From NCBI GenBank assembly GCA_963844035.1, contig CAWJMT010000003.1, positions 341,509-405,508 of the forward strand: a stretch of 64,000 nt of DNA. Reading direction: 5' to 3'. The notes below the pieces were generated by a model that saw nothing but the letters and a program-made list of their open reading frames with translations, did not search any database and was not told the DNA's origin. Below are positions 63,969-64,000 of this stretch, piece by piece; the first letter of the stretch is position 1, and each line of letters starts with the position of its first letter. The position numbers and the translations under genes were made by a program. Origin of the DNA: an uncultured Gemmatimonadales bacterium (GTDB taxonomy: Bacteria; Gemmatimonadota; Gemmatimonadetes; Gemmatimonadales; GWC2-71-9).

Positions 63969-64000
63969 AGTTCGTCACTGTCGCTGCAGGATACACCGAG
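63967..64000 (-). CDS. Possible 3' end of a convergent gene
   Basis: One minus frame reads SVYPAATVTN-stop, ending at the repeat edge; only 34 nt are visible. Confidence 0.3.
   Translation of the reverse strand, partial: SVYPAATVTN

Overview
A high-GC (roughly 68-70% by eye), very gene-dense bacterial core-genome segment. Gene content, gene order and signal-peptide style suggest Gemmatimonadota (inference). Left to right it carries: a UPF0182 gene running off the left edge, pmm/pgm, a complete 14-gene nuoA-N operon, dcd, pgi, an M28 peptidase, a hybrid histidine kinase, sdhCAB, mdh, trmL, an M61 aminopeptidase and an HU/IHF gene. A long minus-strand cluster follows (yicC-gmk-rpoZ-coaBC-udg-dnaB-radA-ispD-tsaC-ptp-aroE-comF-gap-pgk-tpiA-secG-carA). 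After it come a plug-domain outer-membrane protein, pepA, icd, a DEGS1-like sphingolipid desaturase, tRNA-Leu(CAA), an ECF sigma/anti-sigma/Spy-like trio and an M16-peptidase/amidohydrolase operon. About 17 genes carry small frameshifts that look like long-read assembly errors. I saw no transposase, integrase, prophage or CRISPR array. The most striking unexplained signal is a set of short elements whose arms are about 4 tandem 7- or 8-nt units (about 28-32 bp). Five form hairpins and two are single arms. They sit in variable linkers of radA, udg, comF and icd, form the predicted signal peptide of an M16 subunit, and flank a terminator.
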